Shown: in pieces, positions 32,879 through 51,487 of the stretch
How the letters are laid out: each line of letters begins with the position of its first letter
Position numbering within the stretch: position 1 is the stretch's first letter
Source of the DNA: the human T2T-CHM13v2.0 reference genome, Homo sapiens
Direction: 5' to 3' (one strand)
DNA: 64,000 bases
Assembly: GCF_009914755.1 (NCBI RefSeq)
Contig: NC_060936.1
Made by a program: the position numbers and the translations under genes
Notes under the pieces: generated by a model
Databases searched by the model: none
What the model was told of the DNA's origin: nothing
What the model saw: the letters and a program-made list of their open reading frames with translations, nothing else

Positions 32879-33859
32879 CTGTGAAAGCAAGTTGGAAAAA
32901 AAGACAGTAATTAAGGTATCTGTTGTTAAAATTCTCTACTCTCATGTACTAAAAATATGAAGAAATAATTTGTTCTTTGATTAGAGAAGTGAATTACAAT
33001 ATCTCCCACTGATACTAGCATAACCCAAATTGGAAACATACTTCTTACTTAGAACCAAGAGACCACTGTGCTGGTGACCAGAGCAAGGGCTAGGGGGTGA
33101 TGCTGGGAGATGCCAGTTAGGCCTGGCTTGACCATTAACCTTGAAGATCATCCAGAAGCAGGTGTGTAATCTCAGGCAACTCATCCAGTCACCTTGAAAA
33201 ATGGGTCTCCTATAATTTCTGCCTTTCCAAAGTAATCTGGCCTTTGTGAGGATATAATGAATAATGAATAAGCAAGTTCTCGTTTTAAAATGTTTACTAA
33301 CTCAAAAACAAATGTACAGCACTAGGCTAGCTTATGGAAATGGTGCAGAACAATATTGATTCTTCTGGTAATACAGTGGAAATGTAGATTGCCATTTCTG
33401 TCAAAATAAACACTGACTTAGAGCTGGGGAACCCATTTTTTAGTGTTCCTGTCCAGTCTCATGAGAAATCAAGCATGAAAATAAGTGCTGGCCCATGAAA
33501 TTAGGCAAGTTGGCATTAATGAGAAATGTGATGTAATTGCTTTTCTTTTCTATTCCTCTATTGTTCGTTTTTTCCCCAGGATTTTGGTTTACTAGTGACA
33601 ATTTAGGCTTTTTGTTTAGAAAGTGTATGCGTCCCCTTATTCAGGTGATATGGCATGAGAAGAGGCTGGGAATGCCAGCTGGGAATGCCAGAGAAAGGAA
33701 AAAGAGGAAGAGAAGCAGGATGTTTACCGGATACTCTCAGAAGTGCTTGGGCTTTGAAAGAAGGAAGGACTTGGCCAGATGTGGTGGCTCATGCCTGTCA
33801 GCCCAGCACTTTGGGAGGCCGAGGTGGGCAGATCACTTGAGGTCAGGAGTTCGAAATCA

Positions 33860-34180
<321 letters not shown>

Positions 34181-34377
34181 TTAAGTTTTAGGGTACATGT
34201 GCACATTGTGCAGGTTAGTTACATATGTATACATGTGCCATGCTGGTGCGCTGCACCCACTAACTTGTCATCTAGCATTAGGTATATCTCCCAATGCTAT
34301 CCCTCCCCCCTCCCCCCACCCCACAACAGTCCCCAGAGTGTGATATTCCCCTTCCTGTGTCCATGTGATCTCATTGT

Positions 34378-38231
<3,854 letters not shown>

Positions 38232-38267
38232 TTAGTTGATGCAGTTTCTTCCTAGTCTCGATGGTCT

Positions 38268-39281
38268 TTACATTTTGGCATGATTTTGCAGCGGCTGGTA
38301 CCGGTTGTTCCTTTCCATGTTTAGCGCTTCCTTCAGGAGCTCTTTTAGGGCAGGCCTAGTGGTGACAAAATCTCTCAGCATTTGCTTGTCTGTGAAGTAT
38401 TTTATTTCTCCTTCACTTATGAAGCTTAGTTTGGCTGGATATGAAATTCTGGGTTGAAAATTCTTTTCTTTAAGAATGTTGAATATTGGCCCCCACTCTC
38501 TTCTGGCTTGTAGGGTTTCTGATGAGAGATCCGCTGTTAGTCTGATGGGCTTCCCTTTGAGGGTAACCCGACCTTTCTCTCTGGCTGCCCTTAACATTTT
38601 TTCCTTCATTTCAACTTTGGTGAATCTGACAATTATGTGTCTTGGAGTTGCTCTTCTTGAGGAGTATCTTTGTGGCGTTCTCTGTATTTCCTGAATCTGA
38701 ACGTTGGCCTGCCTTGCTAGATTGGGGAAGTTCTCCTGGATAATATCCTGCAGAGTGTTTTCCAACTTGGTTCCATTCTCCCCATCACTTTCAGGTACAC
38801 CAATCAGACGTAGATTTGGTCTTTTCACATAGTCCCATATTTCTTGGAGGCTTTGCTCATTTCTTTTTATTCTTTTTTCTCTAACCTTCCCTTCTCGCTT
38901 CATTTCATTCATTTCATCTTCCATTGCTGATACCCTTTCTTCCAGTTGATCGCATCGGCTCCTGAGGCTTCTGCATTCTTCACGTAGTTCTCGAGCCTTG
39001 GTTTTCAGCTCCATCAGCTCCTTTAAGCACTTCTCTGTATTGGTTATTCTAGTTATACATTCTTCTAAATTTTTTTGAAAGTTTTCAACTTCTTTGCCTT
39101 TGGTTTGAATGTCCTCCCATAGCTCAGAGTAATTTGATCGTCTGAAGCCTTCTCTCAGCTCGTCAAAGTCATTCTCCATCCAGCTTTGTTCCGTTGCTGG
39201 TGAGGAACTGCGTTCCTTTGGAGGAGGAGAGGCGCTCTGCATTTTAGAGTTTCCAGTTTTTCTGTTCTGTTTTTTCCCCAT
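38268..39281 (-). CDS. L1 ORF1p, open (337 aa)
   Basis: MGKKQNRK...LQNHAKM; REKG, ARR and YPAKLS motifs intact; one codon short of the 338-aa consensus (DELREGFRR). Confidence 0.92.
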   Translation of the reverse strand: MGKKQNRKTGNSKMQSASPPPKERSSSPATEQSWMENDFDELREGFRRSNYSELWEDIQTKGKEVENFQKNLEECITRITNTEKCLKELMELKTKARELREECRSLRSRCDQLEERVSAMEDEMNEMKREGKVREKRIKRNEQSLQEIWDYVKRPNLRLIGVPESDGENGTKLENTLQDIIQENFPNLARQANVQIQEIQRTPQRYSSRRATPRHIIVRFTKVEMKEKMLRAAREKGRVTLKGKPIRLTADLSSETLQARREWGPIFNILKEKNFQPRISYPAKLSFISEGEIKYFTDKQMLRDFVTTRPALKELLKEALNMERNNRYQPLQNHAKM

Positions 39282-40186
39282 CTTTGTGGTTTTATCTACT
39301 TTTGGTCTTTGATGATGGTGATGTACAGATGGGTTTTCCGTGTGGATGTCCTTTCTGTTTGTTAGTTTTCCTTCTAACAGACAGGACCCTCAGCTGCAGG
39401 TCTGTTGGAATACCCTGCCGTGTGAGGTGTCAGTCTGCCCCTGCTGGGGGGTGCCTCCCAGTTAGGCTGCTCGGGGGTCAGGGGTCAGGGACCCACTTGA
39501 GGAGGCAGTCTGCCCGTTCTCAGATCTCCAGCTGCGTGCTGGGAGAACCACTGCTCTCTTCAAAGCTGTCAGACAGGGACACTTAAGTCTGCAGAGGTTA
39601 CTGCTGTCTTTTTGTTTGTCTGTGCCCTGCCCCCAGAGGTGGAGCCTACAGAGGCAGGCAGGCCTCCTTGAGCTGTGGTGGGCTCCACCCAGTTGGAGCT
39701 TCCCAGCTGCTTTGTTTACCTAATCAAGCCTGGGCAATGGCGGGCGCCCCTCCCCCAGCCTCGCTGCCGCCTTGCAGTTTGATCTCAGACTGCTGTGCTA
39801 GCAATCAGCGAGACTCCGTGGGCGTAGGACCCTCCGAGCCAGGTGTGGGATATAATCTCATGGTTCGCCGCTTTTTAAGCCGGTCTGAAAAGCGCAGTAT
39901 TCGGGTGGGAGTGACCCGATTTTCCAGGTGCGTCCGTCACCCCTTTCTTTGACTCGGAAAGGGAACTCCCTGACCCCTCGCGCTTCCCAAGTGAGGCAAT
40001 GCCTCGCCCTGCTTCTGCTCGCGCACGGTGCGCGCACCCACTGACCTGCGCCCACTGTCTGGCACTCCCTAGTGAGAGAAACCCGGTACCTCAGATGGAA
40101 ATGCAGAAATCACCCGTCTTCTGCGTCGCTCACGCTGGGAGCTGTAGACCGGAGCTGTTCCTATTCGGCCATCTTGGCTCCTCCCC
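39282..40186. promoter_or_regulatory. L1 5'UTR CpG-rich bidirectional promoter with intact YY1 site
   Basis: CAAGATGGCCG near the 5' end; many CpGs retained, especially 39740-40170. Confidence 0.75.
39737..39952 (+). CDS. L1 ORF0 (antisense 5'UTR ORF), intact 71 aa
   Basis: ATG at 39737 in GCAATGG context; MAGAPPPASLPPCSLISDCCASNQRDSVGVGPSEPGVGYNLMVRRFLSRSEKRSIRVGVTRFSRCVRHPFL*; donor GTs at 39843 and 39928. Confidence 0.85.
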   Translation: MAGAPPPASLPPCSLISDCCASNQRDSVGVGPSEPGVGYNLMVRRFLSRSEKRSIRVGVTRFSRCVRHPFL

Positions 40187-40499
40187 TGTGGCAGTTTTAC
40201 AAACTGACCCTGGAGTTATAGTCTTTGAGCTCAAATCCCAGCTCTACCACTGGGCAGTTGTGTGACATTTGGCAAATTACTTATACTCCCTGTCGCTCAG
40301 TTTCTTTGTCTTTCAAATGGGTTAATAATATCACCTCATGGGGTTGATTTAAACGTAAGTTTAAATAAGATAGTATGTATTTATAAAGCTTCAACAGTGC
40401 TTAGCACATAGCACATAGCACATAACAAGTGTCTAATAAGTATCACTGTTATTATGACCTCCCATCTGCTCACTGATTCATGAATTTTCACTTATAAAA

Positions 40500-41700
40500 T
40501 ATCATGCATCTACCTGAAACAACATGGAAGAATCTCAAAAATATTATGCCAAAAGAAGCCAAATGCAAAAGAGTACTTAGTGCAGAATTCCATGTAAGTG
40601 CAGTGCTAAGAGAGGCAAAATGAATCTACAGTGACAGAAAGCACATCGATAGTTGCACAAGGCCAGGAGTGTGAGAGAACTGGTGGCCAAAGGGCACAAG
40701 GTGACATTCTGCAGTGACAGAGACGCTCTAAATCTTGATTGAAGTAGTGTTAATAGTTACATGAATAGAGACATTTGTCAAGACTCTTCAAACTGTATCT
40801 TTAAATATGGGTGCATTTTATTTCATGTAAATTATACTGCAATAATTTCTTCAAAGAAGATAGATGAATGGCCAATAAGCACATGAAAAATGCTCAACAT
40901 CACTAATCACTAGGGAAATGCAACTCAAAAGTACAATGAGATATTATCCCACACCCATTAGGATAGCTACTATTAAAAAAAAAACACAAAATAGCAAGTG
41001 TTGGCAAGGACATAGAGGAATCGAAACCCTTATATACTGTTGGTGGAAGTAGAAAATAGCACAGACACTGGAAACCAGTATGGTGGTTCCTCAAAACTTT
41101 AAATATAGAATTACCATCTAATCTAGCAATTCCATTTCTGAGTATATACCCAAAAGAATTGAAAGCACCGTCTTAAAGAGATATCTTGCATACCAATGTT
41201 CATAGCTGCATTACTCACAACATCTAAAACATGGAAGCAACCCATTGACAGATGAATAGATAAGGAAAATGTGGTATATACATACAATGGAATATTATCC
41301 AGCCTTAAAAAAAAGGAAATTGTGATACATGCTACAACATGGATTAAACTTGAGAACATTATGCTAGGTGAAATCTCAGTCACAAAAAGACAAGTACTAT
41401 ATCATTCCAACTATATGAGGTATTTAGAATAGTCAAAATCAGAGACAGAAAGTAGAATGGTGGTTTCCAGGGGCTGTGGGTTGCAGGGGTGGGATGGGGG
41501 AAAGAAATGGAAAGTTGTTGCTTAATGGGTAGAGAGTTTCAGTTTTGTAAGATGAAAAGTGTTCTGGAGATGATGGTTTTGATGGCTGATTGTGAATAAA
41601 CTTGATACCACTGAAATGTATGCTTAAAAATGATTAAGGAAGTAAATTTTGTGTTATGTATATTTTGCCACAATTTTTAAAAATGAAAAAAAAATCATAT
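40500..41700 (+). mobile_element. Old L1M 3' fragments (two adjacent copies)
   Basis: AAGCACATGAAAAATGCTCAACATCACTAATC; CAATGGAATATTATCCAGCC; L1M-type 3'UTR. Confidence 0.7.
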
Positions 41701-42745
41701 GAAGAAAAAAAAATTTTTCTTTTTTTTGAGATGGAGTCTTGCTCTGTCGCCCAGGCTGGAGTGCAGTGGCATGATCTTGGCTCACTGCAACCTCCACATC
41801 CTGGTTTCAAGTGATTTCCTGTCTGGGATTACAGGTGCATGCCACCACGCCTGGCTAATTTTTGTATTTTTAGTAAAGATGGGGTTTCACCATGCTGGCC
41901 AGGCTGGTCTTGAACTCCTGACCTCAGGTGAGCCACTCGCCTTGGCCTCCCAATGTGCTGGGATTATAGGCATGAGCCACCGTGCCAGTGGAAAAAATTT
42001 AAACTAGAAAAAGAACATAGAGAACTATTTTATCTACTCATTTATTCATTCACTGAATGCATACTTATTGATTGCCAGCTATGTGGCAGGTATGCTAGAT
42101 AATGAGATAACATGTTGAGCGAAACAGACAGACATGTGTCTGTTCTTCTAAAACTTGGAGTTTAGTCAATCTATGAAAAAGTGTTCTCAGCCTGTGTAAT
42201 CTCACAGCTGTAATTCCAGCACTTTGGGAGGCTGAGGCAGGCAGATCACTTGAGTCCAAGACCAGCCTGGGCAACATGGTGAAACCCCTTTCCTACAAAA
42301 AAAACAAAAATTAGCCCAGCATGGTAGCATTTGCCTGTAGTCTCAGCTACTTGGGAAGTACTCAGCTACTTGGGAAGTACTCAGCTACTCAGCTACTTGA
42401 GCCCAGGAGGCGGAGATTGCAGTGAGCGGAGATGGTGCCACTGCACTTCAGCGTAGGTGACAGAGTGAGACTCCATCTCAAAAAAAAAAAGAAAACCTAT
42501 TCTCATAATTTAAATTTTACCTTCAAGAAAATTAAAAAATAAAGACCACTTAAAAGAAAAAAGTATGCCTCAATAAAGTTCATTTTAAAAGGGAGGGAGA
42601 AAACTATATATAATATATATTTTTATATCTATAATATATATCACTCTATATTATAGCGTATCTGTAATTTTTATATCCATAATATGTACATTATATATGT
42701 GTATAATTTTCCATCCTATTACAGGAACCAAAAATTAGAGATGCC

Positions 42746-42904
42746 TGTGATGGTTAATTTTAGGTGTAAACTTGGCTAAATTAGGAGTACCTAGAGAACT
42801 GGTAAAGCATTATTTCTGTTATGTCTGTGAAGGTATTTCCAGAGGAGACTGGCATGTGAGTTGGAGAACTGAGTGGTTCTGTCTCTCTGGAGAATTCTAA
42901 TACA
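42746..42904 (+). mobile_element. MLT2-type (ERVL) LTR with a large internal deletion
   Basis: Starts TGTGATGGTTAATTTTAGGTGT, ends TTCTGTCTCTCTGGAGAA..TAATACA, followed by GATTTTGGTACC. Confidence 0.75.
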
Positions 42905-43492
42905 GATTTTGGTACCAGAAGTGGAATTGTTGCTATAAGGAATACCTAAAAATGTGGAAGTGACTTTGGAATTGGTTAACGGATAGAGGCTCGAAGAATT
43001 TGGAGGAGCAACCTAGAAAAAGCCTAGATTGCAATAATTGGAGGATTAAAGGTGATGCTGGTGGGGGCTCAGAGAAAGAGGACAGCTGTAGGGAAAGTCT
43101 GAAACTTCTTAGACATTTCTTAAGTGAAAGAGTGAAAGATTATTCTCCAGCTTTAAGACACTGTTATTTTCCCTGTTGGGTTTTGGACTTACTTGGCCCT
43201 TTCCTCTTGCTTATATCTTCCTTTTGGAATGGGAATGTCTATCCTCCACACATCCCATCACTGTATTTTGTAAGTAGATAACCTGTCTTGATTTACAGGC
43301 TGACAACTGGAGAGGAATTTGCCTCAGGATGAATCCTGCCTTGAGTGTCACCCATACCTGATTTAGATGACAATTGGTAATTTGGACTTATGAGTTGATG
43401 CTGGAATGAATTAAGATTTTTGGAGCTATTGGGATGGAATAAATGTATTTTGTATGTAAAAAAGACATGAATTTTTGGGGCCAAGAGCAGAA
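42905..43492 (+). mobile_element. Deleted MaLR (MST-type) internal region
   Basis: TGGTACC..TTGCTATAAG..ACCTAAAAATGTGGAAG..CTTTGGAA 5' internal motif; 3' internal end GACATGAATTTTTGGGGCCAAGAGCAGAA abuts the next LTR. Confidence 0.72.
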
Positions 43493-43870
43493 TGCTGTAG
43501 TCTGAATGTGTCCCCCAAAGTTCATGTTTTAGAAACTAATCCCCAATGCAACAGTGTTGAGAGGCGAGACCTTTAAGAGGTTGATTGGGTCATGAGGCTC
43601 CTGACCTCATAAATGGATTAATGTCATTATTGTGGGAGTGGGTTTCTGATAAAAAGATGAGTTTGGCCCCCTTCCACCCTTTTTTTTTTTTTGCATGCTC
43701 TTTTGCCCTCTGCCTTCTCATGGGATGACACAACAAGAAGACCCTCACAAGATGCCAGCACCTTGATACTGGACTTCCCTGCCTCCAGAGCTGTCAGAAG
43801 TACATTCATATTCTTATAAATTACCAAGTTTGTGATACTCTGTTATAGCAACACAAAACAGACTAAGACA
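43493..43870 (+). mobile_element. MST-type MaLR LTR (MSTB/MSTC-like)
   Basis: TGCTGTAGTCTGAATGTGTCCCCCAAAGTTCATG ... TATAAATTACC ... AACAGACTAAGACA. Confidence 0.82.
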
Positions 43871-44198
43871 ATGGCCCTAATCTCTCCACCCCAGTATGGG
43901 TTTCTAAGGGAGCTTCACAGAACGTATGTTTTCCAAGAAATATAGCATAAAGTTGAAAAACCACTGCTTTAGCTTAAGGCTATGATAACAATTTAAATAA
44001 AAAAATCTTAAAGGATGTTGACTTTTATTAGTCATATATGCTAATTTTGTGAAAATAAATCTGAGGATAGATTTTGGCTGTGGATTAGACAGAAGAACAT
44101 AAGGCTACTGGGTTTGATAGCATGGTTGGGGATAGGGCCAAGGGGGACTCCACTGAAGTGTAGAGAGACCACAAATAGAGAGACTACCCATTTACTTT

Positions 44199-46185
<1,987 letters not shown>

Positions 46186-46662
46186 CCATTCACTTTGGCC
46201 TTTCATTTTTGATAACTGAATTAGAAGATTTGTTTTAGCCCAGGTAAGAATGTTATATTAAATAATGGCTGCAGTGTTTTCAAGTATAAAACAGATCATG
46301 AAAGCTTCATTTTTAGACATTGGATTAGGTTAATATTTCACAAGAGAACAGATTTGCAATTCAGTATGAATAGCTTACAGCACCTGGAATATGCATGCAT
46401 TGTGTTTTGGCCTGAGGGAGAATACAAAGATAAGTAAGACATATACTTGTCCTAAAGAAGCTTTTAGCATATTAAGATAAATAAGAAAAATGTGCCAATC
46501 ACTATAGTAAAAGGGAGGATATCTGTGCTAATTCTCGATGGTAGAAACTGTATCATAATCATGCTATATTTCTAATACCTATCACCAAGCCTCACACAGA
46601 TTAGGCATGAAAACTGTCTGTTAATTGTTAAAGAGGAAGTGCTATGAAAGATGTCATAGAAC

Positions 46663-46850
46663 TACATTGTTCAACTCGGTAGCTACTGCCCACAAGTGTC
46701 TATTTAAATTAATGTAAATTTAATAAAATTAACGTTTTACTTTTTTAGTCACTAGTCACATTCAAGTGCTTAATAGCCACATGTGGCTAGTGTCTGCTGT
46801 ATTGAACAATGCAGATTATAAAACTTCAAAGAAAGTTCTATGGCATGGAA
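46663..46850. mobile_element. MER33/MER3-like hAT fragment
   Basis: GTAGCTACTGCCCACAAGTGTCTATTTAAATT .. GCCACATGTGGCTAGTG. Confidence 0.6.
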
Positions 46851-47663
46851 TTGACAGAGAAGATCAAAAGGAGGAAGGTACTAAAGTTCCCCATTAGGCA
46901 TGACAGGAAAGGCAGAAAATGGCATTTGAGCTGAGCCTTGATGAATGGGTATGATTTTTAACAAGAGAAATTAGAAGAAGAGTATTCTAGAGAAAGCAAG
47001 CAGCAGGGAGAAAGGAGAGCTAAGGAGAACAAGTATCCAAGTTATCCTACATGGCTCGATCTTGTAGAGGACAGAGGTGAGAGAGAAGATGAAGTGGCGG
47101 GTCAGGTCTGTGAATCCTAACCTTACTCTCTTTCTCTCCATTCTTTTTTTGTTCCACAGCCTAGGCCACAGGTATCAGGCCTGTTTTTAAACTGAAGATG
47201 CTTAAATGACCTCCAGACTAACACTGGTGCTGATCCCATTAGGAATACACATCAACATCCTTCTTAATCTAACCCTTAAGTGGTACTTCAGTTCTCCTAC
47301 CTAGACATGCACTTTAAATCCAGTCCCTGATTGTGTCCAGTGTATCTGGGTGGACTTCCCCTTTGAGCACTGTCCTAAGTCCTTTCCCAGTCCTCTCCTA
47401 ACTGCTGGCTTTACTCTTGACAATCTTTATGTCCTCACATTCCATAAAACCCTGTTCCCACACCCTAAACAAGCAGATCTTCCTGGTGCCAAATGTTTGT
47501 GCAGACATCCAGTTGTAATTCACCCACATGCTAAAATATCCTGATATTTCATTTTGCTCACTCTTATGTAGAGATCACTCTCACCTTTGGGCACTGTGCC
47601 TTTTCCATGAGCATCTACATCTGGATTCATTTTCCCAGTGCCCACCTTATCCAGATGGTAGCC

Positions 47664-48673
47664 TGATATGTTCTGGTTCTGTGTTCCCACCCAAATCTCA
47701 TCTTGAATTGTAATCCCCACTGTCGAGGGAGGGTCCTGGTGGGAGGTGATTGGATCATGCATGCTGTTTTCACGATGGTGAGGGAGTCCTCATGAGATCT
47801 GATGGTTTAAAAGTGGCAGTTTCCCCTGCACATTCTCTCTCTCTCTCCTGTTGCCATGTAAGACATGCCTTGCTTCCCCTTCGCCTTCTGTCATGATTGT
47901 AAGTTTCCTGAGGCCTCCCAGCCATGTGGAACTGTAAGTCTGTGGCAGGCCAGGTCTTCATAACAGCTGAACAGACAGGCCTCCATAACAACTGTTCCGG
48001 TACTGACTGAGTGGTTATGTTAAATATTAAAAGCTGATAGAGCCAGTGTCCTTTCACAAAGGCTGGGATGTAACAAAAACCCACCAAGAGTTTTGCCTAG
48101 GCCTTTCCTGGGCCTTGAAGCATGACAAGATAATGAAGGAATTCTTAACAGGACCTGTTTAGAATTAAACAAGTTTTACTGGGGGTCTGAAGAAACTCCC
48201 CAGGCCGCCACAAACAAGTTTATTGGCAGTCTGAAGGAACTCCCCAAACCTCCGTGATTTAGCAGGAGGCAAGATAAGGGTAATCACCCCAGGACCTGGA
48301 CCCATTTAGATTGAGTAAATTTACTGAGGCCCCAGAAGAAGGTTTTCAGGACCTTCCTTAGGTCCTGATCTAATCTTAGTTATAGATTAAAAGAAGTTAA
48401 TCACTTACGTCTTTAGATGAATGCATTTACATGTAGACATATAGCTTAGAAGGTATATAAGCTCTGGAAAACTTTGTAATTTTGAATTGGTCTGGCGATA
48501 ATTTCCAGGCCTTTCCCTTCTTTCCCAGTTCATCTGTATCTCGTTATTGGGCCAAAGAATAAGCAGCCCGACCCTTGGTTTGGTCCAGGAACAAGTCAAC
48601 TAAACCTTCTTTCTTTATAAATTACCCAGTCTCAGGTAGCATTTTTACAGCAGTGTGAGAATGGACTAATACA
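47664..48673 (+). mobile_element. MSTA/THE1-like MaLR solo LTR, interrupted by an ERV1 LTR
   Basis: TGATATG..CCCACCCAAATCTCATCTTGAATTGTAATCCCC ... GGACTAATACA; 5-bp TSD TAGCC/CAGCC. Confidence 0.85.
47941..48593 (+). mobile_element. ERV1-class solo LTR (LTR15-like, tentative)
   Basis: TG...CA termini; perfect 4-bp TSD AGTC (47937-40, 48594-97); TATATAA at 48454-60. Confidence 0.8.
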
Positions 48674-49879
48674 CAGCCCTTTCCTGATAACCCCAGCCTA
48701 CTAAAATAAAGGCCATACCTGTCCAAATTTGAAGTCTGTGATTAGTGGAGAGCCTTAAATGTTGAAGCCAAAGTCTTTACTAGCAAGGAAAGTCACAAGA
48801 AACTTTTGAACAAGCAATCCCATACAATCAGGGTTGTAGATTAAATTGATACTGTGTGTGGGGTGGACTGGAGAGGTTTATTTGGGAAGAAGATAATCCT
48901 AATTTATTTACCCTTTCCACATGAATTCCATTTCATCTTCATAATCAACTTGGTTGGTCATATTTTCCACAATCTTCTGAAGTTCTAGAGTCAAAACTTG
49001 GATGGTGTATTCCTCACAGGATCCATCCAGTACCAACCATTTTAGACTACGCAGCACTACATCATCCTTACCTGAGTCTCAATGTCTCAATGTTGTGGGA
49101 CATTTGGCATATTATTCTCTACAGCTAATCTGCCTTCACCGTACTGATTTGCTTGGAACTGTTCTAGCTTTCCAATGTTGCAGGAATTTCCTTAGTCCCA
49201 GGAAAACTGGAATAGTTGGTCACCCTAATCTGGGCAAACCAAAATGGTCACCCTACATATCAAGGACCTAGAAGCTAATAAATAGCCAGGACTGTCTTGT
49301 ATGGTTGGGAGTTCACATGCTTTACAATTGCTCAGTAAAATGATGGCAGCTACTTATGTGACCAATGCCAGAATTAGGATAAAATATATAGCAATCAACA
49401 TGAACACAGCCCTAGACAGGGCTCTCTCATGGAGGCCTCATTAGCACCACCATTAGCACCACACCAGGTCACTCCCCTGGGCTTCTTAACACTTTCACCT
49501 GAACATGAAAATGAGGTGTCTGTAATTTACTGAGTGAGAATGAGGTTGCCTTGCCTCCCCAGGACTCACATTTTTAAAAATACCAGTCTTATACTCAAAA
49601 ATACTTTTTTGAATTATATTCTTACAGTAGGGGAAACTGCACAATAAAACATCTTGAAATCAGCCATGTACAGTGGCTCATGCCCGTAATCACAGCACTT
49701 TAGGAAGCCAAGGCAGGAGGATCACTTGAGCCCAGGAGTTTGAGACCAGACTGGGCAACAGAGTGAGACCCTGTGTCTATTTAAAAAATAAACAAACAGG
49801 CAGGGCGCGGTGGTTCACACCTGTAACTCCAGCATTTTGGGAGGCCAAGACGGGTGGATCACCTGAGGTCAGGAGTTCA

Positions 49880-50128
<249 letters not shown>

Positions 50129-50442
50129 TCACTGTCTATATATCTTGTATGCCAAAAATGTTCCTCCTAACATCTCTCCGTTGGCTCTGCCAACCCAATG
50201 CATGGCAGCTACTTTTTGCTACCACTCCCCTCTCTTCCCATCTCCCCTCCACACACACATATACATTACTGATTGCATCACAAAGTATCCACCATTAAGA
50301 CATGACTACATTAAATTTTATCAACATTTAAAAATACAGCATCAGAATACAAGACAACTCTTATTTATATTTTAATGTATGTTTGTATTTGGTAAACAGG
50401 AAACACAAACTTTAAAGATTAAAAATAAAACAAAACACTTAC

Positions 50443-50587
50443 CTTCCAGAAAAGCCTTTTCAGAATGAAGTTTTTCTGGGCTGCTACTTTAAGTTCCATA
50501 AGTAAAGAAAGTATCCTCCTCAAAGAATTGTCTTTAAGAAAAAGTTCAGATTTAAGTTGACTGAAGTGCTTAATTTTCTCCTCAGAC
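50443..50587 (-). CDS. C12orf56: C12orf56 coding exon, SEEKIKHFSQLKSELFLKDNSLRRILSLLMELKVAAQKNFILKRLFWK
   Basis: Acceptor TTCTGTAG, donor GTAAGT; 145 nt, phase 2 to 0; lies within track ORF 50419..50634. Confidence 0.88.
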
Positions 50588-51487
50588 CTACAGAAACAGA
50601 AGAAAATTTTCCACTTAAAAAAATGGTAAGACATAGCAGTTTAGGAATATCAATGATTACTGTCAGGTTTGTTAAACTTTGTTACTAATGGGATTTTAAT
50701 ATAGTTTTATTCTCCTAGCCTTAATACTCACCAGTAGTGAAACTTGCTCCCCACAAATTGAACTGTTTATTACGCTCCAAACATACTTTTTTGCCCGTGC
50801 CCCTTAACTCAAGCTGTTCCTATACCAGGAATACTCTCACTGTCCCTGGTAAATTTCTGTCCCTCTTTCATTTACCATAATCCATGAGCCTTTATGTAAT
50901 ATTTTTCTTTCAATCAACTAGCTTTTTTTTTTAAGAAGTTTATAAAGAAAATGTTGTGTCACTTTCCAGGGAAAACCAGTATCACTTGGTGTAAATGGCA
51001 TGAAAGCAACATAAATTCTAAGTAAATGCTGCATGTTCTGAGCCTGTAGCTGGCTTCTCTGTGAGGAAAGGGCAGATGAGCATGTGTTCAAGAACTATCA
51101 CTAGTGGCCCCAAGCTGAGAGGTTCTCCCTGATGAGATCAGCCTAGCTGGAAAAAGGAATCACATATTTCCACCATGGAATTCAAAGTTGTTTCATGCCA
51201 TGTCAGAGTACCACCTGGAATCATCTCCCATTACTGAACCACGTGTCTTCCACACCTAAGGAAAAGCTGGCTTAGCAGAAAAACCTCCTCAGATCTTTCC
51301 CTAATTCCACCAACAAATGCAGCCCCTCTCCCACTGCAGTTTTTTCACACTCCTAGTATCACATTAATCCCATTTCACTCATTGTAGTTAGTTACTCGTG
51401 TACCTATCCTATCCCCTCAGCTGACTTTTAGCAACTTGGAAAAAATGTCACCGGGTTAAATATTGTTTCCCCCTCCCACTGTGCTCA

